Made by a program: the position numbers and the translations under genes. A stretch of 52,144 nucleotides of DNA from Octopus sinensis. Lineage: Eukaryota. The stretch lies in NCBI RefSeq assembly GCF_006345805.1, contig NW_021834024.1:1-52144 (forward strand), given 5' to 3'. Numbering within the stretch: position 1 is the first letter of the stretch; every line of letters begins with the position of its first letter. Under the pieces are notes generated by a model. The model ran no database searches. It was not told the DNA's origin and saw only the letters and a list, made by a program, of their open reading frames with translations. This document shows positions 39,424-52,144 of the stretch, piece after piece.

Positions 39424-39876
39424 AAAAAATGAAAACCTGACGTTTTGTTTGATAATACTTTATCAATATAAAAATAAGGTTTGTGATTGCAACAGAAAGA
39501 GAAACGTATTACGAAGCATAATTTAAGAATGTCATTTCGATTGCAGATTTGTGGTACAATTTAAGGTTTTTACTGGAAGCATCACTTCAGTGAAACGGAT
39601 TTCTGGGTTATAGTGTGTATATATGTTTAAATGAGACAAAGGAAACGAAGATAGGATATTAAGGAAGAATGAGAGTGAGAAAAGAAAAATGGAAATATAC
39701 AGAGGAAAGTAGAAGGATAAGAAGTAGAAAGATGGGAGAGATAGAACCAGTAAGGGAGGTAAAGTGGGAGACAGAATGAGAAGTTCAGATACGTATATTT
39801 TCTGTGTGTAGGTGGAAGGTTTATCATTTCTGTAGGGGTTAAAAATATAAGGCCTGAAACAAGAAATTCTAGAGTT
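39424..39876. repeat. Old diverged duplication, copy 1 (copy 2 at 41708-42061)
   Basis: Shared colinear blocks aagcataatttaaga, aggatattaaggaagaatga, ggataagaagtagaaa, ttatcatttctgtaggggtta. Confidence 0.8.
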
Positions 39877-39914
39877 CATGGTAATTGGGGTGTGTTCATA
39901 CGTATGTATATTCT

Positions 39915-40493
39915 TTTCAATTGTAGACACAAGGATCGAAATTTTGGGGGTAGGGGGCCAGTTGATTAGTTCGACCCTAGTACGCAACTGGAACTTAATC
40001 TATCGACACCGAAAGGATGAAAGGCAAAGTCGACCTCGACCGAATTGGAACTCATAACGTAAAGGCAAACGAAATACCTATTTCTTTACTACCACAAGAG
40101 GCTAAACACAGAAAGGACAAACAAAGACAGACAAACGGATTAAGTCGATTATATCGACTCCAGTGCGTAACTGGCACTTTATTTATCGATCCCGAACGGA
40201 TGAAAAGCAAAGTCGACCTCGGCCGAATTTGGACTCAGAACGTAACGGCAGACGAAGTACCTATTTCTTTATTACCCACAAGGGGCTAAACACAGAGGGG
40301 ACAAGCAAGGACAGACGAACGGATTAAGTCGATTACATCGACCCCAGTGCGTAACTGATACTTAATTTATCGACCCCGAAAGGATGAAAGGCAAAGTCGA
40401 CCTCGGCGGAATTTGAACTCAGAACGTAACGCAGACGAAGTACCGCTAAGCATTTCGCCCGGCGTGCTAACGATTCTGCCAGCTTGCCGCCTT
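39915..40493 (-). mobile_element. SINE-C trimer (period 183-184 bp)
   Basis: Same junction as the trimer at 31962-32526. Confidence 0.9.
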
Positions 40494-40989
40494 CATGCGT
40501 CTATATAATTATTGTAGTAAAATGCTCAAGGTTTCCATTTGTAGATGTTAAATATTGAATATCAATGGAAATATAAAATATTCAACGAGGTGAGAAACAC
40601 TCATACTTCCAATATATTCAACTATGTAAAGCTTTCACTGTTTACAGACACGAGCATTCAATAATACGTTCACACACTAACACCCACACATACACTCACA
40701 CACTCACACACAAACACACACACATGTGAACACTCACTATATCCTCAGAATCTTCTTCAATATTAATTTCAGAAATACCATATTTTCTTTATGAACTATA
40801 CTTCAGGTTCACTTTAATATTGTTTTCTTCATATTGACACAGCCGTTCGAATATATGTTGGATCTCTCCCCTTAAAAATAAATTATTCTCTTATATAATT
40901 TAAAATTGTGTTGTGTCTAGGTTATCTCATCATGTTTTTGTCTATCATGTGATTTCATCTTGCGTGATGCCATATCTTATCAAACTCAA

Positions 40990-41628
40990 CTTCTCAGTTC
41001 CATTTCTAGCAATCTAGTCTTCAGAATCTCTTGCAACTCTTCTGGATGGTCTCACTGATTAAGTTGCTGAATGCTTTCATAATCCTTGCCTTCAATTAGT
41101 TTTTGTGCTACAAGGAGTTTTGTTGGTCTCTCGCTCAAATGCGGTTTACACATAATAGTCAAGTTGGTTGCAGTGTGGTAAGATAGGTGGCCAGATGTTA
41201 AATGTGATGTGATCGCAGAAACTGTGTGATAACCATGACTAGTTTCTCCTGCCTCTATGGCATGGTGCGGAGTCCTGTTGCCAAACATAACGTCTTCCAG
41301 CAGACACCCTCTTGACCCGGGACAGTCATACTTCTTCGAGGCACTTGATATAGGCCTCTATGTTGAGTGGGAGGCCGTGTAGGAAGATGAATGGAGGCAT
41401 AACGGCGCCGTCGCTAAATGCCAGGATGTTGAATGGATGTTTGATATTTATCACTCTCGGTACATGTCCCCAATTGCACTGTCCTCAGACTGACAGCTAA
41501 GCACTCTGAAATATTTGTATTGGAGCTTCCATCGCGAATGTCAAGCAGTCGTTTCCAAATCTCTGGCAGAGTGAATTGCGTCATGATGATATATTTCTCA
41601 CAGACGGTGCCCCACTGACCCTGCTATA
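40990..41628 (-). pseudogene. Tc1/mariner (maT/DD37D-like) transposase relic with an internal deletion
   Basis: ATG at 41584: MTQFTLPEIWKR...NISECLAVSLRTVQ, a jump to DGAVMPPFIF...YVWQQDSAPCH...WPP...LDYYV. Possible 5' TIR cagggtcagtgggg near 41610-41623; the other TIR was not found. Confidence 0.82.
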
Positions 41629-42146
41629 CTAAATGTGTAAATGTAAAGTGTTAAAAAGCAACAACTATATGTTCATTGTGAATATAAATGCCAAATCGGG
41701 AAAAAGTAAAAAATGGAAATCTGACATTTTTGTTGATAAGAAATTATTAACATAATAAGATTTCAGATGTCAAAAAAAACACAATTGAATTATCAAGCAT
41801 AATTTAAGACAGCCACTACGATTGCAAATTGCATTTCGATTGCAAACGAAGAGAGGATATTAAGGAAGAATGAAAGAATGGAAATATAGAGAGGGAAGTA
41901 GGATAAGAAGTAGAAATAGGGGAGAGGCATAACTTGTGAGGGACGAAAAGTGGGAGAGAGAGAGCAAGGAGCTTAATTACATCTATTTTCCGTGTGTAAG
42001 TGCAAGGATTATCATTTCTGTAGGGGTTACAAAACGTAGGGCGTGAAGCACAAGTTCTAGATTGAAAGCGCTGAATTCCTGCTAATGTGTAGGAAACAAT
42101 GCGCGAATTTCAAAATATAAAATGGTGACAAATTTACCCCTTGCAG

Positions 42147-42237
<91 letters not shown>

Positions 42238-42738
42238 GTGTACGTATGTATGTATGTATGTATGTATATGTACATGCATATGACCAGACGGTACCTGCAG
42301 GGTAACATCTCTTAGTATTTCAGAGAACGTGACAATAAATTTCATAGTTTGGAAAATGTGTCGGTAGAGAAGTTGGTTAGCGTTGAATTTCGCATTCAGG
42401 ATTTCCATAGTATAATATTGCAAGAAATTCTTGTCGGAAGCAATTTTTACTTTACTGAAGAAATATTTATAAAATGTTAATTATCTGAAAAATTTGTCAC
42501 CGCCAATAGCATATCAATATCTTTTATTTAAGAACTCCTTCCATATTTGTGATATACATTGTCAGAACGTACGGTATACAACGGTGCTAAAAAGTTTCAG
42601 TTGACCAGGGTGTCTTAATGATGACTTGAGTCCACTTTCTCTACCATTTTCACACTGGATTTACTCTATTGTGTGGTATAATATAGCCTATAATTTACTT
42701 GTCTTTTTGTTGTTGTTGTTGTTGCTGTGAACGCTTCT

Positions 42739-43100
42739 GGAATGGAAGCACTCCGTCGGTTCCGACGATGAGGGTTCCGGTTGATCCGATCAACGGAACA
42801 GCTTGCTCGTGAAAATAACGTGTAAGTGGCTGAGCACTCCACAGACACGTGTACCCTTAACGTAGTTCTCGGGGATACTCAGCATGACACAGAGAGTGAC
42901 AAGGCCGGCCCTTTGAAATAGTGAGAGAAAGTTGTGGTGAAAGAGTACAGCAGGGATCACCACCATCTCCTGCCGGAGCCTCGTGGAGCTTTTAGGTGTT
43001 TTCACTAATTAAACACTCACAACGCCCGGTCTGGGAATCGAAACCGCGATCCTACGACCGCGAGTCCGCTGCCCTAACCACTGGGCCATTGCGCTTCCAC
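42739..43100 (-). mobile_element. SINE-B, full length, tail variant 1, 13-14 bp TSD
   Basis: TSD (c)tgtgaacgcttct at 42725-42738 and 43100-43113. Confidence 0.95.
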
Positions 43101-43288
43101 TGTGAACGCTTCTACTCTACATGAGAATGTTTGGCTTCCAAACATGTGGGCATGGCTATATTGAAGATAATGAAATCAACATATACTGCTTCATTCGTTC
43201 TCTCTTCCTCTCTCTCTCTGTTACTATAGGCCAATTAATAAAAAAGGAAGCAAATACATTTTATAAAGAGGCCACCATTATGTTTTAT

Positions 43289-43453
43289 AGGCGTTGGAGT
43301 GGATGTGTGGTATGTAGCTTGCTTACTAACCACATGCTTCCGAGTTCAGTCCTACTGCGTGGCATCTTGGGCATGTGAATTCTACTATAGCCTGGAGCCG
43401 ACCAAAGCCTTGTGAATGGATTTTGGTAGACGGAAACTGAAAGAAGCCCGTCG

Positions 43454-43489
<36 letters not shown>

Positions 43490-43665
43490 ATATGTGTGTG
43501 TGTGTGTTGTGTGTGTGTGTGTGTAACTTAGCAATTCGATAAAAGAGGCCGAAAGAATAAGTACTAGGCTTACAAAGAATAAGTCCTGGTGTTGATTTGC
43601 TCGACTAAAGGTGGTGCTCCAACAAGGCCACAGTCAAATGACTGAAACAATTAAAAGAGATAAAG
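43289..43665 (+). mobile_element. SINE-A with intact head
   Basis: ggagtggatgtgtggtatgtagcttgcttactaaccacatg...(TA)(TG)n...actgaaacaattaaaagag. Confidence 0.88.
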
Positions 43666-44119
43666 GAGAGAGCGAGGTTGAAAAGTCAACTCTATTTTTT
43701 TTCTGTGTGTATATGTATCAGAATATCTTCCGCCAAATTTAATTCAATTTCTCCCTAGTGATGTCATGACTGGAGTACATGATGCCTCTGTACGGTGTAT
43801 TAAGGAGAGAGCGAAGAAATTTAAGACTGCCACGAATCTGATTATGTCCGAAACTGGCTAATGTATAGCTGAGGACATCTTATTATAATGAAATCATAAT
43901 TTGTAACACACGAATTCCTTCTTTATTTTAGCTACTGTCTCTAATTAGGAGTCTCAATGAGAAAATTATGCTACAGAATTAAATATACAGAAATTATTGA
44001 TGTACAGATGTAATTAAGTATTCAACATTGCATATTACGTATAATGAAATTCTTGCCTCAGGGAAATGTATTGTTTATGAGGATTTGACGATTATTACCC
44101 GTGGGTCGATGGTGGTGGC

Positions 44120-44172
<53 letters not shown>

Positions 44173-44245
44173 CAGTGTTAGTAGTAGTAGTAGTAGTAGT
44201 AGTAGCAGTAGTAGTAGTAGTAGTAGTAGTAACAGCAGCAGCATT

Positions 44246-44612
44246 GTTGGCGCAATAGCCCAATGGTTTAGGGCAGCGGATTTCTGGTCAGAGGATCGCG
44301 GTTTCGATTCCCAGACTGGGCGTTGTGTGTGTTTATTGAGCAAAAACACCTAAAGCTCCACGAGGCTCCGGCGGTGGGGTGGGGGGGACGACCCCTGTTG
44401 CACTCTTTCGCTCCAACTTTCTTTCATTCTTTCTTCCGGTTTCTTGTCCCCGACTTCCTACGCAACCGCTGAGCCTGGATGCGCATTCCTCCATCCATCA
44501 ATGCTCTCGGTGTCGGGGGTTCATCTGCTTTCTTTTCTGCGGGTCTTACGAATAGCAAAGGACTACGTTTCGGACTTCTCCTACTAGGACGAAGACAGCT
44601 ACGCTCAACAAC
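44246..44612 (+). mobile_element. SINE-B, tail variant 3, ending in (AAC/AGC)n
   Basis: Same head and centre as 26620, unrelated ~190-bp tail; sits between (TAG)n tracts. Confidence 0.82.
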
Positions 44613-44923
44613 AGCAACAGCAGCAGCAGCACCGTAGTAGTAGTAGTAGTAGTAGTGTAGTAGTAGTAGTAGTAGTAGTGGTGTTGGTGCTGGCGCTGGT
44701 ATGGTGGTGATATTGAGGGTAGCAGTTAGTAGCCGCAATAGTAATATTATCATTTTTCCTGTTGTAGTCGTTATTATTACAATTGACTCTGCTCGGGGAT
44801 TCCAAAGAGGAAGGGCGTGTGTCCGTGAGCTGTAAGGTTTTGTGCAACTTTTGTATTGCTGTATCTGAAAATTTGTTACGACATTTCTGTGACCTGGCTA
44901 ACAGAACACTTGGGGCAAATTTA

Positions 44924-45349
44924 GGATATTTTCGGTTTGAACGGCAGTTTTTCTAGCGGTGTCATATGAAATTGTCACCCATAATTATGACCTTAGTATC
45001 GATCTATTGCATTTCAATCTGTTTTAGGATTAGGGCTATAGTTAGGGGTGGGGGGAAGTATATCTTTTCTTCTTCATAAATGTAAATACACCCAATCTGT
45101 TTCTTAAACGCGGGACATATTTATACAGCACAGAATGTTTTTTACTTCAATAGACCTCAGTGATTAGTCGAAATTGCAGAAATTTAAGAAAATAAAACAA
45201 CAAATATCTTACAAACCATAGAATTTTCTCAATAAAGCCAAGAGAAAAAGATGTTTTATAAACACATTCTACCAGTATACGAAGTTTAAAAGTGTTTAGT
45301 TACGTGGAAATTATTTTTAAAAAACTGCCGTGCAAACCGAAAAAGATCT
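44924..45349. mobile_element. MITE, complete, 8-bp TSD with one mismatch; Merlin-like by inference
   Basis: TIRs ggatattttcggtttgaacggcagttttt / aaaaactgccgtgcaaaccgaaaaagatct; flanks caaattta and caaatttc. Confidence 0.88.
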
Positions 45350-45629
45350 CAAATTTCTACTTCAAAATAGAGATTTCTTCTTAGCTTTTGATTTTAAAAT
45401 ATGTAAATATGTCCTTGGAGAAGACTATGAGCTCTTCTTTTCTATTTGAACTCACGCCTCTGCTATCGGTAGACAGCCAAAATTATTGTTTAAATAATTG
45501 TCTCCGCTCACTCCGCGCCTTGAAAAGCAGGGAGGGGGATGATAAAAGTCTTGATAGCAAGTGCAACGCTAAGCACCTGAAAGAAAGAGAAGAAAAGAAA
45601 CGCGAGAAAGAAGAAGACAAGAGCAAGGA

Positions 45630-48000
45630 AATGAATGGACTCTGCTAGCTTCGTAACACCTGTGAATACAAGCCCACCCCCCCATTCCCACCACTAACAC
45701 TAACACACTCAACACTCAACAAAAAACAAGAAAAATCCAATGCAAAACCTAGCACTGAATTCGTTAAAGTTTCTGTAGAATCTCTAACAGACTAGAGAAA
45801 CATTGGATCTTTTCGGTTTGAACGGCAGTTTTTTAAAATAATTTCCACGTAACTAAACACTTTTAAACTTAGTATACTGGTAGAATGTGTTTATAAAAAC
45901 ATCTTTTTCTCTTGGCTTTATTGAGAAAATTCTATAGTTTGTAAGATATCTGATTCGTTTGCTTCAATGTTGTTCGGACACTCAAGCGAATTACAAGCAT
46001 GGTAGTGTTGAATACTTTTAGATGTCTCTTGCAGTTCTGACTGAAGTGTATCAGGTGCCTTTGGAGCTCAATTAGAAACAATGATATCACATTAACTCAC
46101 ATTCCGGATCTTTTCGGTTTGAACGGCAGTTTTTAACATAATTTCCACGTAACTAAACACTTTTAAACTTCGTATACTGGTAGAATGTGTTTATAAAACA
46201 TCTTTTTCTCTTGGCTTTATTGAGAAAATTCTATAGTTTGTAAGATATTTGTTGTTTTTTTCTTCAATTTCTGCAATTTCAACCAATCACTGACGTCAAT
46301 TGAGGTGAAAACATTATGTGCCGTATAAATATGTCCCACGTTTAAGAAACAGATTGGGTTTATATACATTTCTGAAGAAAATAACATACCCTTCCCCCAC
46401 CCCTAACCCTAACTCTAACCCTAACCCTAAAACAGATTGAGATGCAATAGATCGATACTAGGGTCATAATTATGGGTGACAATTTCATATGGCACCGCTA
46501 GAAAAAACTGCCGTTCCAACCGAAAAGATCCGAAACATTTTAGAAAGAAAAACCAAACGATGTGTTTCGAAAAACACACCTCGAGATATTATAGAAAATA
46601 CAAACATACGTCTTATAATGTACAAACTATATCTTTAAAAAATAAATATTTAGAAACTGCCACAAGGCAAGCAGTTGAAAAAAGTGAAGTCAGATTTGCT
46701 ACAGTACTCAACAGCCCAGCTGAGAAACTGTGAACTTGTGCTAATTCCAAAATATTTAAGACGGTGCGTCGCCAAGATAAAATTACTGGAGATACAACCA
46801 GAAATGAACGCTTGATGGATTGTCGCAGCCGTCCTTCTCGACTTGGAGGATAAGTTCAGATTCATCAAACTAGAGAAACAAGGAAAAAACAACTGGACTG
46901 GTCAGGAATTGCAAATAATGGTTCAAATTAACCAAGAGGTATTGGAACAAATTCCTGACCAAATCAACCTTCTAGATGTCACTAATCTGAACGTTACATT
47001 TGAGAGCAGAAGGCCAAGATGTTATCAATGCGGACATAATAACCTGGTGAAAGCCTTCTGCCTACAACAGCAATAGGAAGGCAGTTATGCCTCGATACAA
47101 ACAGCACCCACACCACAACAGCTGAAGAAACCACGGAAATAGCCCCCAAAACATATCTACGCGTCTCTGAGGCGGCGGGGAATGTTTGAAGGTCTTTGGA
47201 TAGGGATAGAATTACATGTCAGTTATTTCAAATAGTGGGCTACACTGATCACCAATTGGTGAATTGTAAGATCGACCTAGATAGTGTACGTAGACAGGGT
47301 CCCGGCAAATGGAAGTTGAACACTTTACTGCCGGCGTGCCAAGCTTACAGAGACCGGATTTAAGAGTTAGTTGAGAAAACTTTGACAGAGACAGTTGTCA
47401 AAAATAAATGGTGATATAACTTAAAAAGAGCCGCCAAAGTGGAATCCGTTACATTTAGCAAAGTTTTAGCAGTACAAGGAAATAGATGAGAGGGTGATTT
47501 GGCGAGAAAGGTAGAAGAGACGCTTAGGAAAAGGATTGCAACTGACGTACTGGCAACGAGGTTGTCCCGCGATCAACACTTCAAGCTAAGCATGAAGGTT
47601 GCATTGTCAGAGAGAAGGCACGTGCTCTGCGTCTAGAGGGAAGGAAAGCCGCCCGTTGGGCCCGGAATGCCGTGGCGCAACATAGCAACACAAGCACCAT
47701 TCGGTATTTGGTGGACCAAAATGGGTGCACAGTGAAAGAGAGAAATCTGATGTGAGCGGCTTTTCAGTAGCATTTTGCTGAATTGTTCGGGACGAAAGGT
47801 GGGCCAGAACGCAATGGGCCAGAACGCTGATGGGACAGCAGAGCGCAGGATGGATTTCAATGCCGACCTAATTGGGCTGTTTCAGCTGTCAGCAAGAGAT
47901 GCGGAGTGTTGCAAAAGACCGATAACAATTGAGGACGAGATAATGGGCTGCACGAGGAGAAAATCGCCCGGATTACATGGTCTGCCCTACGAGCTTCCGA
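45630..48000 (+). mobile_element. Degraded Tx1/L1-type LINE (ORF1, APE end, RT start) with a nested MITE; 5' limit uncertain
   Basis: ORF1 ...FESRRPRCYQCGHNNLVKAFC; APE end GYTDHQLV...GPGKWKLN; RT start KSPGLHGLPYE. Confidence 0.72.
45805..46531. mobile_element. Composite MITE: partial copy + ~156-bp passenger + complete copy, inside one 8-bp TSD
   Basis: gaaacatt at 45797-45804 and 46532-46539; left TIRs start at 45805 and 46106. Confidence 0.88.
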
Positions 48001-48009
48001 GATACTATT

Positions 48010-48240
48010 CCTGCCCTATACCTCATCAAAGCAACTGCCCACGTGTTAATTGCTCTAATCGTATACCAGCCATTTAGCTTCGATCGGAACACATGCCGAA
48101 TTCTCCTCAAATATTCTTTCCTGTATATTTCTTTACTCTTGTGTTCCTTCATTTTATCTCTTTCAATAACACCCAGGTACTTATATCCTTCCTCTCCGAC
48201 TTCCTTTATCGTTTCGCCAGATCCCAGCTTGATCCCATGG
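48010..48240 (-). pseudogene. R4/Dong-clade RT fragment (late RT domains/thumb) abutting (TAA)n
   Basis: GIKLGSGETIKEVGEEGYKYLGVIE...EYLRRIRHVFRSKLNG..TIRAINTWAVALMRY. Confidence 0.85.
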
Positions 48241-48241
48241 C

Positions 48242-48295
<54 letters not shown>

Positions 48296-48305
48296 CATTA
48301 TTATT

Positions 48306-48575
48306 CAGTAGTTTTATTTTTTATAGCGTGCTTTCTCTTCACTGCCGAGCGCAGCTCTGTGTGCCGTAGGTATGTGCTGTGATTTGTTGTGATGCTGTGA
48401 TGGTTATTGTATGGAAAGTGTTCTGCGTAGGATGTGTGCAGTGCCTAGTAGTGCAATTTTCTGTATGTTATATGTGTTTGTAAGTCCTGGTGTTTTTGTT
48501 ATGTATTTGTCTGAATATTTTTTTATCATGCCTAATGCACTTACTATGATAGGAATTGTTTCTGTTTTTAGATTC

Positions 48576-48576
<1 letters not shown>
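48306..48576 (-). mobile_element. R4/Dong 3' end, copy 1, within (TAA)n
   Basis: NLKTETIPIIVSALGMIKK...IQKIALLGTAHILRRTLSIQ* plus 3' UTR. Confidence 0.88.
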
Positions 48577-48637
<61 letters not shown>

Positions 48638-48679
48638 TATTATTATTATTATTATTATATTATTATTATCATTATTATT

Positions 48680-49069
<390 letters not shown>

Positions 49070-49388
49070 CATCATTATTATTATTATAATTAAAATGTTC
49101 TTTTGTTGTGGGGACACCCCCAGACGATGAAGTAGGGTAGCCTATATACGTAGATATAGAGGGAGAAGCCTAGACGTCAGTAGCAGTAGACTAGAGTAGC
49201 AGTCGTAGAGCACGGCTGACCAGAGTAGGAGTCGAGTTGAGTAGAAGACATCCGACCCTTTGACATAACAGCTTTTAATCTACATGTTTGTTACAAACAC
49301 TCGACGAGACAAACCCAGCATCCTAGGGCGAGTGAAGCATAAAAGTTGTTACGGTATAACTGAGAGCTTGGGAAGGGGAAGTGGCAGG

Positions 49389-49670
49389 GACAGTAGATAT
49401 CTTCATGTCTTACATTTTCGAATACTCAGGGAAAGGATAGGTATTCACAGAAGTTGTAGTTATGAAAGGTTTTAAAGTTGATCGTTTATGTTTTCTAAAA
49501 CTGTAGATATGTAAGTTTAACTTATTTTGAGGTAAATTCAAAATACTCACAGGGAATTGTAGATATTCTAGTTTTGGTGAGTTATTTTTCAATTGTCCTG
49601 CTGGGTTGTATTAGTGTTTCTGTATCTTCAGTTGTGACAGGTCCAAGCAGCGAAGATACGTCCAGCAGCT
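49389..49670. repeat. Unclassified dispersed repeat, copy 2
   Basis: See 11905-12200. Confidence 0.75.
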
Positions 49671-49700
49671 GTCACTCAAGCCGCTATTATTATAATTATC

Positions 49701-49798
<98 letters not shown>

Positions 49799-51422
49799 CA
49801 GCAGCAGCAGAAGTAACAGCAGCATCATTAACATCGGCAACACTTCTGTCTTTTCAGCAAAGAAAAAACCGTCGTAATGTTTATGGCATATTTTATGAAT
49901 CAACATATGATCCATGTTTTGAAAACGATTGAAACTTTACTCAAGCATTCAGAGTCCCAAAGTTGTTCGAATTTTATCAGGAGTTACAATACACGTTGTA
50001 TCTTTCAAAAGCTGGATCTAAATTGTATAAAAAAATCTTTAATGACACAATGAAACAGAGAAATATTACACAACTAACACCTAAACCCGGATACAGTGTT
50101 GCCATCTAAATCGTTAATATACTTGATAGTATTTTCTGCTTGCAAAACGAAATATTTTGATGCTTCCAGTAAGTAATATTGAAATATTTGTTGCCAGGAA
50201 TGTGTTTAATATGTGAATTGGTGTATCTAATAGTATTACACAGCTAAACATAGAGGCTATTTAAGTAATGTACTCCTACGTAGTTAATGGTTGGTTGTAC
50301 CGCTGAAGAGGAAGCCAGAAATCCTGAAATATGCACATAAATGCGTTACCTATTTTTCTGTTTTCGATTTCATTATTTACGTACACAAAACATCGTACTG
50401 GCTCTGTATTCTTTAGAAAATCTATGGAAAAAACAACTTAAAAAGATACAATACTGTGACACTCAAATTCTAAGTGATTCTGTTGCTGCTAGTACTGCTC
50501 TCATCGTTTGATATGTTAAATGGATTTGCCTGTACTTTTGCTAGTATCTCAACGGTTGTTTTGGTGATGGCTATATTTGTCATCGTATGTTTTGTTACAC
50601 TTGTTGATTTCTATTTATCCCCTGGTCTAAATTTTGCTATACGTGTTCTGCTGCAGCTGTTTATGTTGATTATTTCATGAACTATCACTAATGTAGAGGC
50701 AACGACCCCATTGCTTTTGTTTTGTGTTTGATGGTGCGGTGGTTCTGATGGAAACAAATTTCTCCCTCCTACCGCAAACGGCGTCAGTTTTATCGTTGTT
50801 ATTTGACACACCGTATTTTCTATAGCGAACGTTGCTATTATTGTACATGGCGATGGTGTTTTTGCACTTATGGTTGATAAGTTTGTTGTTCTTTCAGCTC
50901 TTGTTGTTATGGCAGTCTTCCTTATTGAAACTAACGCTACAGTTAGTATTATTGATAATCAAATCAGTTCTGGTAATATGGAATGTGTATTTTATTTTGG
51001 CCAGCTAATATTTCAGCTTCAGAATCGCCTTTCAATTTCCTTTCTTTCTATGCTAGCCAACCAGAAAAAGAAAACCGAGAAAGCCATCGATGCCGTTTTT
51101 GTCATGAGTACAAAAATATATTCGAGACTTTTGCACTTAGATCTGGAAAGGAAAGTTATCAGTTCTCTATAGTACTGGCGACCTTCAACAGATATAGCCA
51201 AAAGGTTAAAAAGTGCAACATATGTAACGAAAAACAGAGTAGATATTAATACAGCTTTACATATATGTTCATTTGCGATAAAATGCTTGGATGATAATGA
51301 CAACAATGATTCTCCCTTTTAATTTTAACACAAGGCCAGTTGGTTCGAGTAGAAGGACAAGAATTTGACGAGAGAATCTTTTAACGACCAACGACGGATG
51401 GAAGCCTAAATCATAATCTGCA

Positions 51423-51510
51423 TGAATTTGAACTCAAAATGTAATAACTCGAAATAAATAACGCATTACATTTTTTCCAGCGCTCTAACGATTCTGCCAA
51501 CCTGCCTCTT
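51423..51510 (-). mobile_element. Highly degraded SINE-C head
   Basis: gaatttgaactca...ctaacgattctgcca. Confidence 0.6.
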
Positions 51511-52144
51511 AGAAATTAATAATTGTAATGACAATGATGGTGGTGGTGCTTACGGCGATAATGATAATTATAATGATAATAATAGTAATAATGATATTAT
51601 CAACAACAACAACTGCAGCAACAACTATATTCATAACCTTATATTAGCTTAGTACCAGTTAATATAAGATCAGTGAGATAAATTAAAATACTTGATTAAA
51701 TGAACATAATTGAATAAATAATCATAAGTATGGCAGGTTGAGTGAATCTAGCAATATTAAGTTAGCGCAATAGGGAAGTATTGGATGTAAAGTGTATTTG
51801 AAATTAATGAGATTAATAATGTTATCGTTATTTGTAAATAGATTTTCGACAAAGATATATGCTCATGCGCAAATATATATGTGTGTAATTGGCAGCAGTA
51901 ATAATTCAGTGGGGAAGATGAATAAGAATAAATAAGAGTAACATAAATTATGAAACTATATGATGAATGAACGCATCAAAAGGTAATTACTACTTATAGA
52001 TCTTATTTAATGTTATGATGTAAGAGGGGGTGCAGCATTTTCATTAAATGATATACGGTCTTCAAATTGCACATGGCGGTAGAGTACCACTTCTGCAATA
52101 GTAACAGCTAATTTTTGTCTTTAATGTTGTACGCAAATAAAGCA

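Noticed and set aside
42575-42620. Possible mariner TIR remnants (also near 29273 and 52021)
   Set aside because: Only short tacag/gggtgc-like strings, with no partner TIR or transposase.

Overview
AT-rich, microsatellite-dense eukaryotic DNA made almost entirely of transposon relics. The repeat content (tRNA-headed SINEs with internal TA/CA tracts, long TAGA/TA/TAA arrays) suggests a cephalopod, probably Octopus; this is an inference, not a database result. I found no host protein-coding gene I can support, and most entries in the ORF track are microsatellite read-throughs. Recognisable elements are two Penelope-like elements (PLEs), three Tx1/L1-type LINE relics, an RTE LINE with three C-terminal C2H2 fingers, four R4/Dong fragments in TAA repeats, a deleted Tc1/mariner (maT-like) element, a GG-terminal MITE family with 8-bp TSDs, and three SINE families (my labels SINE-A, -B, -C). 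Best candidate for an undescribed system (13957-18292): two different Tx1-type elements sit in tandem, both ending at the same target motif from a SINE tRNA head. One encodes only ORF1, and the two share a covarying 3'-terminal hairpin, as expected for an autonomous/non-autonomous site-specific pair. Other highlights are two minimal hammerhead ribozymes with the U3-A8 core variant (one in a PLE 3' end, one in a 361-bp retrozyme-like unit), a 579-bp zero-spacer palindrome, a composite MITE carrying a passenger segment, and SINE concatemers with a fixed junction. All coordinates and translations were read by eye and may be off by a few bases.
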